This document shows, piece by piece, positions 9,655 to 20,085 of a stretch of 64,000 bases of DNA; positions within the stretch are counted from its first letter, which is position 1; each line of letters opens with the position of its first letter. A program made the position numbers and the translations under genes. Source of the DNA: Candidatus Omnitrophota bacterium (GTDB lineage Bacteria > Omnitrophota > Gorgyraeia > Zapsychrales > JBAZNR01); assembly GCA_041649175.1 (NCBI GenBank), contig JBAZNR010000001.1, forward strand, positions 71,461-135,460, written 5' to 3'. The notes beneath the pieces were generated by a model. The model saw only the letters and a program-made list of their open reading frames with translations. It made no database searches and was not told where the DNA came from.

Positions 9655-11268
9655 TTAATATTCCGCGCCCTTGCTCAAATAATATGTTTTTCCTGATTCA
9701 ATATATTTGGAGAACTTGGCGCATATGTCTTGATGCTTTTCTTCGCTCCAAGTCTCTAGAAAATATTTAAATATGCTGGTATCCGGATATCCGCTTTTCT
9801 TCATTTCTTCGATATATTGGCGATACGACTTTAAAAAAAGGCTGTCATCGCCCGTGTAATAATAATGCATAAAATAAAATTCGAGGACGCTTTCACGATT
9901 AATGTCTTTTTTAAGCCGCGGCAAGCTTTTAAGAAGATTTTCATATTCCATAACATCTTTCGGATGCCAATTAAAATCATAGGCATAATGAGGATTATAG
10001 CTGGCATTGATAACCTGAACGCCCAAAGCCGCTAACTCGTGGCCCACCGAACCATAAGCCGTTAAAACGAAATTGATCCCTTCTTTGATCAATTGAATAT
10101 GAGATGTTGCCGCCGGGATCATGGTGATCTTTGGATACTGAGCAATGATCTCTTGAATAATTTCTTCTGTTCCCGGCAAAGGATCCGGATGCATTTTAAT
10201 GTACCAGTCATAATCCGTTTGCTCCGATATCTTTCCTAAGAAATGCAGCCATTCGTAAAAATCCACAAAGAACATCTCTCCGTAGGCTTGAGGATTATCA
10301 TAAAAACAATGATTACAGACTAAAACCTTGATCTTGTCGCTTTGGCGCAAAACCGCTGTGTTATTTTCCGAAGATTGAAACGCCGATTTCGTTGAATACG
10401 GCATATCAACGCCAACTTCTCCTTTAAAACGACGTTCTAACTGCCTTCGGGCGATCTCTAAGCCCTGAACTTGTTCGGCCACCGATAGCTTTCTGAATTT
10501 TTTGGGATAATCTCTAAAAAGCGGGTCATAGATGGTATACGGTTTTTTAGCCAGACAAATGCTTTTGATATTAGGCAAATAAACGGGAATATTTTTCTGA
10601 TAGCTAAGCTTGCAGAGAATGTTTTCATAGATATAAGCATCATGTGTTGCGATGACCGCTTTGACATTGTTCTCTTTTAAATAATCCTGCCAAAAGATAA
10701 GGATCTCAACCGCTCTTTCGATCGTTTCAAAAAGTTTTGGATCTTTAAGATCAACGGTTGGCTTATTGAAAGCGCGCAGATATGTTTCATAAATATCAAC
10801 GCCCATCCAAATTCCGTCTACACGAATATCGTAAACATCTTTTTTTGTTTTTATACTCCCTAGAATGCCTTCTAAAATTTCTTTCTTGCGCAATGCTTGC
10901 GAACGATCGAGCGTTGTGACAATGAACTTTCGGATATTGAACGAACGGTAGATCTGATCCCTGGCCCAATAAAAAAGACTGCCCGGAAAACTCTTTCGGG
11001 TGGAAGAAAAAGAAACGATTGCGGCATTATGTTTTTTAGCAAGAATATTAACAAAATAACTTTGACTGATCCACACCGACGGCATTCCGCTGGAATAATA
11101 AAGCAAAATGGTCCCTTGAGGGTCTTCCCTATTCCAGTTTGCCCATACTTTACGGTTATGCTTAAGAAATTCCTGGCAATATTCATCCGGAAAAGCATTT
11201 TTAAGCACGCGATGAACTTTTGCTTTAAATAAGGCCAACTGTTGATTGAGATTCTTTAAAACAACCAT
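9655..11268 (-). CDS. hypothetical GT-B protein with HP motif (Capsule_synth/KpsS-like); candidate CMP-nonulosonate transferase
   Basis: 537 aa. VLVCNHCFYDNPQ...WYIKMHPD resembles the HP motif of KpsC/KpsS/TagF/sialyltransferase enzymes. Confidence 0.35.
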   Translation of the reverse strand: MVVLKNLNQQLALFKAKVHRVLKNAFPDEYCQEFLKHNRKVWANWNREDPQGTILLYYSSGMPSVWISQSYFVNILAKKHNAAIVSFSSTRKSFPGSLFYWARDQIYRSFNIRKFIVTTLDRSQALRKKEILEGILGSIKTKKDVYDIRVDGIWMGVDIYETYLRAFNKPTVDLKDPKLFETIERAVEILIFWQDYLKENNVKAVIATHDAYIYENILCKLSYQKNIPVYLPNIKSICLAKKPYTIYDPLFRDYPKKFRKLSVAEQVQGLEIARRQLERRFKGEVGVDMPYSTKSAFQSSENNTAVLRQSDKIKVLVCNHCFYDNPQAYGEMFFVDFYEWLHFLGKISEQTDYDWYIKMHPDPLPGTEEIIQEIIAQYPKITMIPAATSHIQLIKEGINFVLTAYGSVGHELAALGVQVINASYNPHYAYDFNWHPKDVMEYENLLKSLPRLKKDINRESVLEFYFMHYYYTGDDSLFLKSYRQYIEEMKKSGYPDTSIFKYFLETWSEEKHQDICAKFSKYIESGKTYYLSKGAEY

Positions 11269-11270
11269 TT

Positions 11271-12605
11271 TTATCCTTTAACGTTCTTTGCCCGATAACG
11301 CTTTGAAAGACTTTTTCTGCAATCCCATACTTTTTCAAACGCAGTAGCCACATCGCTTAGGTCTTTGCGACTCATCGGCGAGCGCATCAATTCATGAATA
11401 AAAAGTTCCGAATTGTGCACGCGCTCAGCCGTCGGACAAATCCCTTGTCTATAACTCACTTTTTTTGCTGATGCGGATGAGTTAAAAGGAAAACCTTTCT
11501 TTCCAAAAGCAATTCTTTTCTGATACATCGGCTGAAGATAAAGCGGTTTGACATAGCCGCAGCTTATCAAAACCCCTTCTTGTTCGCGCAACTGAGTGCA
11601 GGCAAGTTCCGCTTTCACTGCTTCGATAAAAATATCGCGGCCAAAACCGGCGATCTCTTCTTTAAATTTAAAAGGATGGACATAATACGCATGCGTACAT
11701 CCCGGCCTCATTTTTGGCGCAACGATACAGGGAATTTGAGAAAGCCTGTGCTCCAAATAACGGCAATTTTCTTGCCTCTCCTTAAGCAACTTTTTTAGCT
11801 TCTTTAATTGGCAACGCGTGATAGCCGCCTCAATTTCCGTCATACGAAAATTAAATCCCACCATATTGGAAATATCTTTGACTTTTTTATCAGCTACAAC
11901 CGCTTCCGCGTGATTACGGATAAGCTGCGTTCTTTCTGCCAGCTGAGCATTATTAGTAACAACAATCCCGCCTTCTCCGCAATGAATATGCTTATGATAA
12001 TTGAGCGAATAAACACCGATATCGGCTAAGGTTCCGGCGTACTTTTTCTTATATAAAGCGCCGGGTGCTTGCGCGCAATCCTCAATAACAAGCAAATGAT
12101 GTTTACGTGCGATTTTATTGATCGCCTCGGCATCGTAAGGCAAGCCAAACAGATCAACAACGATGATCGCCTTTGTTCTTGGTGTAATTTTTTGTTCAAC
12201 CGATTTTGGATCCAGACAAAAATAATCTTCTTCGATATCCGCAAAAACAGGTATTGCGCCATAGACAAGAGCCGCTGTTGCCGAAGCGCTCATGGTAAAT
12301 GGCGACACGATCACTTCATCGCCCGGACCAATACCCGCTGCTCCAACCGCCGCATACAATCCTGATGTGCAGGAATTAACTGCTACGGCATATCGAGCGC
12401 CGAAATAATTCGCCCACTCTTTTTCTAAAGCTTGGATTTGCGGCCCGCCGTAAAAATCTTTGTGCCAACACCCTAAAAACCGCGAAAGAATTCCGGAATC
12501 CAAAACATGGGCTACCGCACGTTTTTCTTCTGAGCCGATAACGCGATAAGCCGGAAAAGGTTTTTTGCGGACAGGTTTACCGCCGAAGATGGCTAATGTT
12601 TCCAT
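11271..12605 (-). CDS. DegT/DnrJ/EryC1/StrS-family sugar aminotransferase
   Basis: 444 aa; ...VNSCTSGLYAAVGAAGIGPGDEVIV...SLNYHKHI (PLP Lys region). Confidence 0.8.
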   Translation of the reverse strand: METLAIFGGKPVRKKPFPAYRVIGSEEKRAVAHVLDSGILSRFLGCWHKDFYGGPQIQALEKEWANYFGARYAVAVNSCTSGLYAAVGAAGIGPGDEVIVSPFTMSASATAALVYGAIPVFADIEEDYFCLDPKSVEQKITPRTKAIIVVDLFGLPYDAEAINKIARKHHLLVIEDCAQAPGALYKKKYAGTLADIGVYSLNYHKHIHCGEGGIVVTNNAQLAERTQLIRNHAEAVVADKKVKDISNMVGFNFRMTEIEAAITRCQLKKLKKLLKERQENCRYLEHRLSQIPCIVAPKMRPGCTHAYYVHPFKFKEEIAGFGRDIFIEAVKAELACTQLREQEGVLISCGYVKPLYLQPMYQKRIAFGKKGFPFNSSASAKKVSYRQGICPTAERVHNSELFIHELMRSPMSRKDLSDVATAFEKVWDCRKSLSKRYRAKNVKG

Positions 12606-13740
12606 GACGTTCTCCTATAAGCTTTTTAATAACCTGTTCAATATTTTGGACAGCATTCTCTAAGAAAGAAAAATCAACTTTATCAAACTGACCTTCACTA
12701 AAAAATGCGGATAAGCGCATTTTGAGATCATCAGCTGAAAGAACTCTTTTGACCTTATCCATTCTGCTTAAAATAAAGGGATCTTGCTGTTTTTGACCGA
12801 TCTGAACGCTTAGAAAAGGCTTTTGAGCAATGGCTGCCTCCAAAAGCAACATGGATGAAGCTCCGAGCAGAATATCCGCTCCACAAATTAGCTCTTCCGA
12901 GGAAGACCCGCGCTCTTTGACCACCTTAATAAAATCATTTTTCATGCCCGCGATCATGTCATCCAAAATATTTTCGTTGTCTTTAGGATGAAGACGGAAA
13001 ACAAGGCAAAAATTTTCTTGAGGAAATTCTTTGTGGATAGCGCATAAGGCATCAAAAGTGTTTTTCAGCAATGAAGCTTCGTCATATCCCCAGTGAGCTC
13101 GGCCTTTATCCCCATACATCGTTCGAACAGCCTCTGAAACAACAACCACAACGTGACAGCCCGAAGCTATGCCAAGTTTCTTCCGGTAATTTTTGTCATC
13201 TGTACTTACACGGGTTAGCCTTTGCCGCACTTCAGATAAATGCGGTTGGCCCGTGATCTCTAAAACATCCGAAGAAAATCCCTCTTTGATCATTTCTTTT
13301 TTCGCAAAATCATCCATGATACAAATTTTATCGGGAAGGCATTTCTTTACGCCGTCTTTTGCATCAACAGTGTCTGCGGCAGAAGAAAATCGTAAGCAAT
13401 AACTATTCCAATAATCGAGAATAGCAACGGAAGGAATTCCGGCCTCAGAGGCTGCCTTCCATAAATATTTCTCCGCTAGATCATCCTCACTTGTTCCCGT
13501 AACAATGCAGACAGGATTAATGCTGTGAACAAACTCGCGAATATGTTCATAGCTGATATTTTCTTTCAGCAAATCCTTAATATCCTTAAAATCTATTCCG
13601 GCTTGGGCGTAACGTTGGCACGCTTTATCTTTTCCAAATAGCAAAATACCATATTCTTTCTTCGCGATCATATGATGCGCGAGGGGAATAATGCAGTTAG
13701 CCCCGCCGGGGTCTCTTGAGAAAAATAATATCTTATCCAT
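12577..13740 (-). CDS. hypothetical GT-B fold protein with HP motif
   Basis: 387 aa; FRLHPKD motif plus a Rossmann-like N-terminus MDKILFFSRDPGGANCIIPL. Function not assignable from sequence alone. Confidence 0.3.
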   Translation of the reverse strand: MDKILFFSRDPGGANCIIPLAHHMIAKKEYGILLFGKDKACQRYAQAGIDFKDIKDLLKENISYEHIREFVHSINPVCIVTGTSEDDLAEKYLWKAASEAGIPSVAILDYWNSYCLRFSSAADTVDAKDGVKKCLPDKICIMDDFAKKEMIKEGFSSDVLEITGQPHLSEVRQRLTRVSTDDKNYRKKLGIASGCHVVVVVSEAVRTMYGDKGRAHWGYDEASLLKNTFDALCAIHKEFPQENFCLVFRLHPKDNENILDDMIAGMKNDFIKVVKERGSSSEELICGADILLGASSMLLLEAAIAQKPFLSVQIGQKQQDPFILSRMDKVKRVLSADDLKMRLSAFFSEGQFDKVDFSFLENAVQNIEQVIKKLIGERHGNISHLRR

Positions 13741-14710
13741 GATTAGCCTCTTGATACATTTTCAAAGCTTGCGCGCATAAACGCTGACTATGGACCCCTT
13801 CTGACAAAGAGCACAAAGAAACTGCCCGCGCCTCGGCCAGATCAGCAACGTGATCAAGAACAAATCCAAAGGCGGCGCCAAAGTTGATCTTTGTTTTCTT
13901 CTGACGCGCCCACTCTTGTTTGCCTTTCCATAATAAGCTTGGCTTCAAAGCAAACTCTTCAATGGACATCTTGATTTCGCTAATGCGAATTAATCTTTTC
14001 TCGAATAAAAGTTCTATTTCAAAAATCGAGCCGAATTTCTGATCAGCTTCCAGTAAATTAAAAACTCCGGACGGTTTAAATCCGACCGCAAACGTCAGCG
14101 TCGGATCTTCTTTAGAAAAATCAACACGTCCTGACGAAACCGAGATAACATGCCCTTCCCCTAAGAAAAACCGCACCAGGTCAACGGCATGCGAACCGTT
14201 ATTCAAAACTCCTTTTGAGTAATAACAATGCCCGGATATAAATGCTCCAAATTCTCCCTTAGAGATCTTTTCCTTGAGGCTTCTAAATTCCGGCATAAAG
14301 CGACGCGTGTAATGAATCAATATCCGATCATCCCAATTCTTGAACTGATCGGCTAATTTTTGTGATTCCTTTAAGTCGTTTGTCACGGGTTTTTCCAAAA
14401 GAATAACTTTAGGACTTTTCTCGATCACTTGCCTTAAGACTGCGGCATGTTCTTTTGTGGAAACACAAATAGAAACAACATCATACGTGAGGTCTCTCAT
14501 GGCATCATTAACCGAAGAAAAAACAGGAACCTTCCACTTCTTCGCCGCTGCCGCCGATTTGAGCGGATCAACATCAACAACTCCGCCAAGTGTAAAATTC
14601 GGGTGAGAAACATAGGCTTGCGCATGGCTAAGAATAGATTTCGTACCTGGTTTTCCGAAAACCGATCCAATGTTGCCGCAACCGACCACTAAGGCCTTAT
14701 ATTTTTTCAT
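13733..14710 (-). CDS. Gfo/Idh/MocA-family NAD(P)-dependent oxidoreductase
   Basis: MKKYKALVVGCGNIGSVFG Rossmann N-terminus and an EKP motif (VILLEKPV). Confidence 0.75.
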   Translation of the reverse strand: MKKYKALVVGCGNIGSVFGKPGTKSILSHAQAYVSHPNFTLGGVVDVDPLKSAAAAKKWKVPVFSSVNDAMRDLTYDVVSICVSTKEHAAVLRQVIEKSPKVILLEKPVTNDLKESQKLADQFKNWDDRILIHYTRRFMPEFRSLKEKISKGEFGAFISGHCYYSKGVLNNGSHAVDLVRFFLGEGHVISVSSGRVDFSKEDPTLTFAVGFKPSGVFNLLEADQKFGSIFEIELLFEKRLIRISEIKMSIEEFALKPSLLWKGKQEWARQKKTKINFGAAFGFVLDHVADLAEARAVSLCSLSEGVHSQRLCAQALKMYQEANHG

Positions 14711-15486
14711 CGTATGGATTTTTGTTGAACATGATTGTTTATTTGCGCTAATTCCGGAGATTTTGAGAATAATTCCAGAATATCTTCGAGACTAAAATTA
14801 GGATCTTTCGAATAAAGGCGGCGTACAACCTCATTTAAAAGACGCCAGTCATCCGCGGTATCTAAGGTTAATCGGATATTTTTTTCAGATTCTTTAAGGC
14901 CGCTTTCGATATTTTTAATGTTAAAGCGGCCTGGTTTTTCATAAAAATAAAGACTGACATGCTCGCGGTCTTTAGGATCAGACGTTTTTTGTTCAATTTC
15001 CCGCAACTTTCTCGCTGGAAAAACCTGAACGTCCATTCCTAAAGGATATGACTGCTGCACGCAATTAGAAACATAATCGTATTCGCCTTGCAGATAAACT
15101 TCAATTGTCTTATCAACAATACGATGATCGATTAGCGGGCAATCTCCGGTAACTTCCACAATAATATCAACATTATTTTTCTCGGCTGCCTCAACAACTC
15201 GCAATAAAACATCATCCTCGCTGCCGCGATAACATTTAACTCCGATTTTTTTAGCCAGTAATTCTATAGGATCGTCGGTTTTGTTTATAGTCGCGGCAAT
15301 AATAATTCCATTTAGATATTTCGAATATTTTAAACGCTCAACTAATAATTCTAAAGCAGGCTTATCCCCCAGCAACTTTAATACCTTGCCCGGTAATCGG
15401 CTTGATGTCATACGCGCTTCAATGACCGCGAAAATATTTTTCTTTATGGGTTGTTTCATGTTTTTTATCGATTCACCATCATCCAC
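14707..15486 (-). CDS. acylneuraminate cytidylyltransferase-family protein (CMP-nonulosonate synthetase / SpsF-like)
   Basis: IFAVIEARMTSSRLPGKVLK..LGDKPALELLVERL. Second cytidylyltransferase in the locus. Confidence 0.75.
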   Translation of the reverse strand: MDDGESIKNMKQPIKKNIFAVIEARMTSSRLPGKVLKLLGDKPALELLVERLKYSKYLNGIIIAATINKTDDPIELLAKKIGVKCYRGSEDDVLLRVVEAAEKNNVDIIVEVTGDCPLIDHRIVDKTIEVYLQGEYDYVSNCVQQSYPLGMDVQVFPARKLREIEQKTSDPKDREHVSLYFYEKPGRFNIKNIESGLKESEKNIRLTLDTADDWRLLNEVVRRLYSKDPNFSLEDILELFSKSPELAQINNHVQQKSIR

Positions 15487-16493
15487 TGAAGCGGCGTACC
15501 CGCTGCTATATCACACGTGGCTTTACGTCCTAAAACTTGCTTTAAGTGTTTTGGCGCAAGTCCATGCGAAGGACGTATCGAGCGGACATTTTCTTCAGAG
15601 AATTTTTCGTTTCTTTTGACATCTTTAACCACGAATAAAGAGCGCCTAAAAGTAACACTACTTTTTTCATCCGGCGTTAATCCATAATGAACTTCTCCTA
15701 TCGAAGATTCGGCCAGGCGAACATCTTCAACAAGTTTCTTAAGTTCCGCGGGTTCGATAGAGAAAAAACTATCCGGCGTTGACAATGTCCTGGAAAGCGT
15801 AAAATGTTTTTCAATGAAACACGCGCCTAAAGCGACCGCAGCCACGGGAACTTGCGTGCCCAGCGTATGGTCAGATAAACCTACCGGGCAATGGAATTTT
15901 CTCGACAAATCATAAATTGTTTTTAAATTCATCTCCTTCGGGCGAGCCGGATAACTACTCACACATTTCAGTAAGAGAATATCTTTGGTTCCGGATTTTC
16001 TTGCCGTGTCAACCGCATCACGGATCTCGCCAACAGTTGCCATTCCCGTTGATAGAATGAGCAGCTTTTTTGTTTTGGCCGCATATTCAATAAGCGGCAG
16101 ATCAACCAACTCAAAGGAAGCGATCTTATGGAAAGGAACTCGAAGGCCCTGTAAAAGGTCCACACCGGGCTTATCAAAAGCTGTAGCAAAGAAAATAATT
16201 CCCTCTTCATCCGCAACTTTCTTTAACTGTTTAAACCACGCAAAAGGCGTGTGCGCTTGTTTATAAAGCGAATAGAGCGTTTGTCCGCCCCATTTAGGAT
16301 GACGAATTTGGAAATATTTATTTTCACAATCAATGGTTAAAGAATCAGCCGAATACAATTGAAATTTAACGGCATCCGCCCCGCAGGCTTTAGCTTTTCT
16401 GATAAGATCGATAGCGCGTTTCAAACTGCCACCATGATTCGCGGAAATTTCCGCCGCAATAAAAACTTTTTTTGCCCATAAAAGTGTTTTCAT
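15465..16493 (-). CDS. pseI: NeuB-family nonulosonate synthase (pseudaminic acid synthase)
   Basis: SANHGGSLKRAIDLIRKAKACGADAVKFQ TIM-barrel motif plus a C-terminal SAF domain. Confidence 0.85.
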   Translation of the reverse strand: MKTLLWAKKVFIAAEISANHGGSLKRAIDLIRKAKACGADAVKFQLYSADSLTIDCENKYFQIRHPKWGGQTLYSLYKQAHTPFAWFKQLKKVADEEGIIFFATAFDKPGVDLLQGLRVPFHKIASFELVDLPLIEYAAKTKKLLILSTGMATVGEIRDAVDTARKSGTKDILLLKCVSSYPARPKEMNLKTIYDLSRKFHCPVGLSDHTLGTQVPVAAVALGACFIEKHFTLSRTLSTPDSFFSIEPAELKKLVEDVRLAESSIGEVHYGLTPDEKSSVTFRRSLFVVKDVKRNEKFSEENVRSIRPSHGLAPKHLKQVLGRKATCDIAAGTPLQWMMVNR

Positions 16494-16506
16494 TAAACAC
16501 CTGTCC

Positions 16507-17949
16507 TTATTTTTTGAGAGTAAATTGCATGCAAATCTTTTTCTTCAGATCTTCTCGGGATTTGATCCTCTCAAACCCAAGACTTTTAAAAAATTCTTGT
16601 GACGATGTATTGTCGCTTTTAATATAAGCAATGATCTTATCGATACGCTTTTGGTATAAAAAGCGAATGCCATCTTCAAAGATCTTTTTGCCGATGCCAC
16701 ACTGCTGGAATAAAGGATCTACACTAATACTGACAACGGCTTTTTTCTTTTGAATGCAAAATCGAATTTGCCCCAATAAGTCATCCTTCGCATAAGCAAC
16801 TAAAAAAAGTGTTTTTGGATCTGACAAGGTCTTTGCGAACCATTTTTGATGTTCCGGCCAGGTGATCTTGCGAGGTGCAAAAGAACCTTGACGGATCATA
16901 GGCTGATTTGACAGCTCGAAAATAGATTTGATATCTTTTTCTTCTACATGCCGAATTTTAATATGTTGTTCGACATAAGATTTCACGCATGCCGCTACGA
17001 TCCTTTTCGCTCCTTGCCCGTCAACCGTTTGTGGCCCTCTTTGCGCGGCTAAGCGGCGAAATGTAAGTGAAGATACTTTATTTAAGCCCAGATCTATCTG
17101 GCTTAAAAAATTCTTATCGTTCGCTTTCCCGACATAAAAAAAGCACTTTGTTTTCGCCCATGCCTTTGCATGTCGTTCTTGATTGTCCGCCACAACAACG
17201 ATAACAGCCGCACAACCACAGCGCGCCAATTCATTAAGGGTTTGTCCTCCGGCGGAAACAGCAAAATCCACATCCTGCATAATTCTTGACATTTGTTTGG
17301 CATTGGACTCAAAAACAAATTTAATATTTTTACTCTTTTGTTTTAAAATGTCTTTTTTGTGAATGAAGTTCTTGCCAATAATCACAATTTTCTGCAATAA
17401 AGGGTATTTTCTGTCAAAAATCCCTAATATCTTCGACGTCATATTTGCCTCATCCGTACCGCCAAACGTAATTAGGATTTTCTTTGCCTTTGCCCGTACT
17501 TTTTTTTCAGGAACATCCCAAAACTCCCGGCGCAAAGAAACATACTGAGGGCCTAACAAAGACTCGAAATGCTTAAATCCTCCATAATTCAATTGATCGG
17601 CATTGATCGCACCGTTAATAATAATTCCCTTGGGATATTTAATCCTGTTGTTATCGTCAAAATATAAAGACACAGCACTATTATTTTGTATTTTCTGAAA
17701 AATCTTTTTAGAAGCTAAGTACGAATCAACGATCGCAATATCGCACCTTGGTTGTTGTCTTTGAAAGGACATCCAGTTTTTATAATCGCCACCGTATACA
17801 TCAAGTTGGCGGGAAATATTCCGGTCGCCATAAACTAACAGTTGGCATTGAACGCCTCTTTCGCGAAAGGCTTGCGCCAAACCGGCACAACGAGACAAAT
17901 GCCCCATACCAATACCTCGCCCTGCCTCTGTAAAAATCGTGATTTTCAT
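16507..17949 (-). CDS. pseG/pseH: fused PseG (UDP-2,4-diacetamido-2,4,6-trideoxy-beta-L-altropyranose hydrolase) and PseH (GNAT N-acetyltransferase)
   Basis: The N-terminus MKITIFTEAGRGIGMGHLSRC is PseG/GT28-like. The C-terminal roughly 150 aa is GNAT-like (VAYAKDDLLGQIRF...QQCGIGKKIF). Start at MKITIF, which abuts the upstream stop; the ORF track extends to 17979. Confidence 0.7.
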   Translation of the reverse strand: MKITIFTEAGRGIGMGHLSRCAGLAQAFRERGVQCQLLVYGDRNISRQLDVYGGDYKNWMSFQRQQPRCDIAIVDSYLASKKIFQKIQNNSAVSLYFDDNNRIKYPKGIIINGAINADQLNYGGFKHFESLLGPQYVSLRREFWDVPEKKVRAKAKKILITFGGTDEANMTSKILGIFDRKYPLLQKIVIIGKNFIHKKDILKQKSKNIKFVFESNAKQMSRIMQDVDFAVSAGGQTLNELARCGCAAVIVVVADNQERHAKAWAKTKCFFYVGKANDKNFLSQIDLGLNKVSSLTFRRLAAQRGPQTVDGQGAKRIVAACVKSYVEQHIKIRHVEEKDIKSIFELSNQPMIRQGSFAPRKITWPEHQKWFAKTLSDPKTLFLVAYAKDDLLGQIRFCIQKKKAVVSISVDPLFQQCGIGKKIFEDGIRFLYQKRIDKIIAYIKSDNTSSQEFFKSLGFERIKSREDLKKKICMQFTLKK

Positions 17950-17950
17950 A

Positions 17951-18685
17951 TCAAATTGCCTTTTGCCGAACCGCTTCATTAATCTTGATCAGATCAGGGT
18001 TATCTTTAAGCAACGCAACAATATCGTTTAGAAAAAACTGTTCCTGGCCCCGTTTGAGCATCATTTGATAAATCTCTCTTACGAAACGCAAGTCATCCAC
18101 CTCATCAACAGTCCAGCGAAAATGAGATAGATCCTCATTGTTTTTCACGCTTTGCATTTTAAATAATTTGGGATGCTCATAAACAAAACTGGTCACATGT
18201 TCCCGATGATGCGGTTTTTGGGATTCTTTCCAGGATTTTTCTAAAGCATCCATCGAGATAACTTCCGTATCTAGGCCTCGGGGATAACTCCTCTCGATAA
18301 CATTGCTCGCGCCGGATGCATGAGAAACGTTTTTTTGATACGCGGCAATAACTTTGTCCACCACCTGTGGGTCAATGAGCGGACAATCCGAAGTGATTCG
18401 AACAACCGTCTGCGCCTTATATCGTAAAGCCGCTTGGTAATATCGGCCTAAAACATCCATTTCACTTCCCCGAAAACAAAGCGTATTTTGATTTTGGCAA
18501 AATTGTTCAATAAGATCATCTTCTGTTCTTTCCGTCGTTGCGACAACAATGTCTTCTATTAAAGAACATAATTTTAAGCGCGAAATAACTCTTCCTAACA
18601 TCGGCATTCCCAAAATATCCATCATGGCTTTACCGGGAAGCCTGGTTGAACCCATTCGAGCTTGAATGATAGCAATTGTTCTCAA
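17951..18685 (-). CDS. pseF: CMP-pseudaminic acid synthetase-like cytidylyltransferase
   Basis: MRTIAIIQARMGSTRLPGKAMMDILGMPML. Confidence 0.75.
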   Translation of the reverse strand: MRTIAIIQARMGSTRLPGKAMMDILGMPMLGRVISRLKLCSLIEDIVVATTERTEDDLIEQFCQNQNTLCFRGSEMDVLGRYYQAALRYKAQTVVRITSDCPLIDPQVVDKVIAAYQKNVSHASGASNVIERSYPRGLDTEVISMDALEKSWKESQKPHHREHVTSFVYEHPKLFKMQSVKNNEDLSHFRWTVDEVDDLRFVREIYQMMLKRGQEQFFLNDIVALLKDNPDLIKINEAVRQKAI

Positions 18686-19440
18686 ATCCGCACCTTGATC
18701 TCGTGATCAGTTAAATATTTTTTCACTTCCAACGGCGTTGTTTGCGTAAAGTGATACATGCTTGCCGCAGCCGCAGCCGAAGCTTTGCCTTCCTTAAGAA
18801 CATCAAAAACATGTTCCGGACTTCCTGCTCCTCCGGAGGCAATGACCGGAATAGAGACAGCATCGCTCACTTTTCGAGTCAATTCAACATCATAACCAAG
18901 CATAGTGCCGTCGCGATCAACAGATGTTAATAAGATCTCCCCCGCGCCTAAGTCTTGCATTTTCTTGGAAAATTCCACCGGGTCAAGCCCTGTTGTTTTA
19001 TTTCCTGACAATACAGCCGTTTCATATGTTCCCTTTGATGTTTTTTTGACATCAACGGAAACAATGATACACTGCGAGCCAAATTCTCTTGCGGATTCTT
19101 TAATAAGATCCGGCGTTAGAAATGCCGCCGTATTAATGGCTACTTTGTCAGCTCCGCAAGCCAAGAGGCGGCGCACATCTTCGACCGATCTTATTCCGCC
19201 GCCAACAGTCAAAGGCATAAAACATTCATCGGCAATATCATCAATGAGATGAAAATCAGGCATGCGATTTTGCTGCGACGCCGTAATATCTAAAAAGATG
19301 AGCTCGTCAACTTCCCTCACACAATACACCTTTACCGACTGCAGAACGTAACCCACGCAACGCCAGCTGTCAAAGCTCACACCTTTCACTAAAACAGTAT
19401 CTCGATATAAAAGTGTTGGAATAATTCTTGTTTTGATCAT
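18682..19440 (-). CDS. imidazole glycerol phosphate synthase cyclase-subunit homologue (HisF/WbuZ-like)
   Basis: IPTLLYRD...VGGGIRS... (beta/alpha)8 HisF motifs. Confidence 0.8.
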   Translation of the reverse strand: MIKTRIIPTLLYRDTVLVKGVSFDSWRCVGYVLQSVKVYCVREVDELIFLDITASQQNRMPDFHLIDDIADECFMPLTVGGGIRSVEDVRRLLACGADKVAINTAAFLTPDLIKESAREFGSQCIIVSVDVKKTSKGTYETAVLSGNKTTGLDPVEFSKKMQDLGAGEILLTSVDRDGTMLGYDVELTRKVSDAVSIPVIASGGAGSPEHVFDVLKEGKASAAAAASMYHFTQTTPLEVKKYLTDHEIKVRI

Positions 19441-19461
19441 TTGTTTTAGCTCCTGAAGCGG

Positions 19462-20085
19462 CTAACACATGGCAATAAAATTGCGTATTAAATTAAGCCC
19501 GACGGATAAACTTTTTTCCGGATGAAATTGCACGCCGAACACATTATCTTTTTGAACAGCAGAGACAAAATCATTTCCGTAACTCGTCGTTGCTAAAACA
19601 TCATCCCTTTCCCGGCAAACAACATGAAAGCTGTGGACAAAATAAAAATCTTTTCCGCTGGCAATGCCATTCCACAAAGAAGATGCCTTCGCGTGATGAA
19701 CTTCATTCCAACCCACATGAGGGATCTTTAGTGATTTTGACGAGAGCTCAAAGCGTTTTACATCCGCATTGATCCATCCAAGCCCTTTTGTCCGCCCGCC
19801 TTCTAAACCCAATGTCGCGATCAACTGCATCCCTAAACAAATCCCCAAAAATGGTATTTTATTATTTAAAACCTGCTCGTTTAAGATTTGATCGAGCCCT
19901 TTGGCGCGCAAATTATTCATTCCCGAAACAAAAGACCCCACCCCCGGCAAAACGATTCCCTGGCAAGTCGTAAAGTCTTCCGGCTTTGCCGTTATTTGCG
20001 GCTTGGCTCCGCCTTCTTCGATGGCGCGCGCAACCGAATCAATATTGCCCATTCCATAATCAACAATAACAATTCTTTTCATCAA
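19462..20085 (-). CDS. glutamine amidotransferase HisH/WbuY-like
   Basis: IVIVDYGMGN...GICLGMQ (catalytic Cys)...HPE (His/Glu). Confidence 0.8.
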   Translation of the reverse strand: MMKRIVIVDYGMGNIDSVARAIEEGGAKPQITAKPEDFTTCQGIVLPGVGSFVSGMNNLRAKGLDQILNEQVLNNKIPFLGICLGMQLIATLGLEGGRTKGLGWINADVKRFELSSKSLKIPHVGWNEVHHAKASSLWNGIASGKDFYFVHSFHVVCRERDDVLATTSYGNDFVSAVQKDNVFGVQFHPEKSLSVGLNLIRNFIAMC

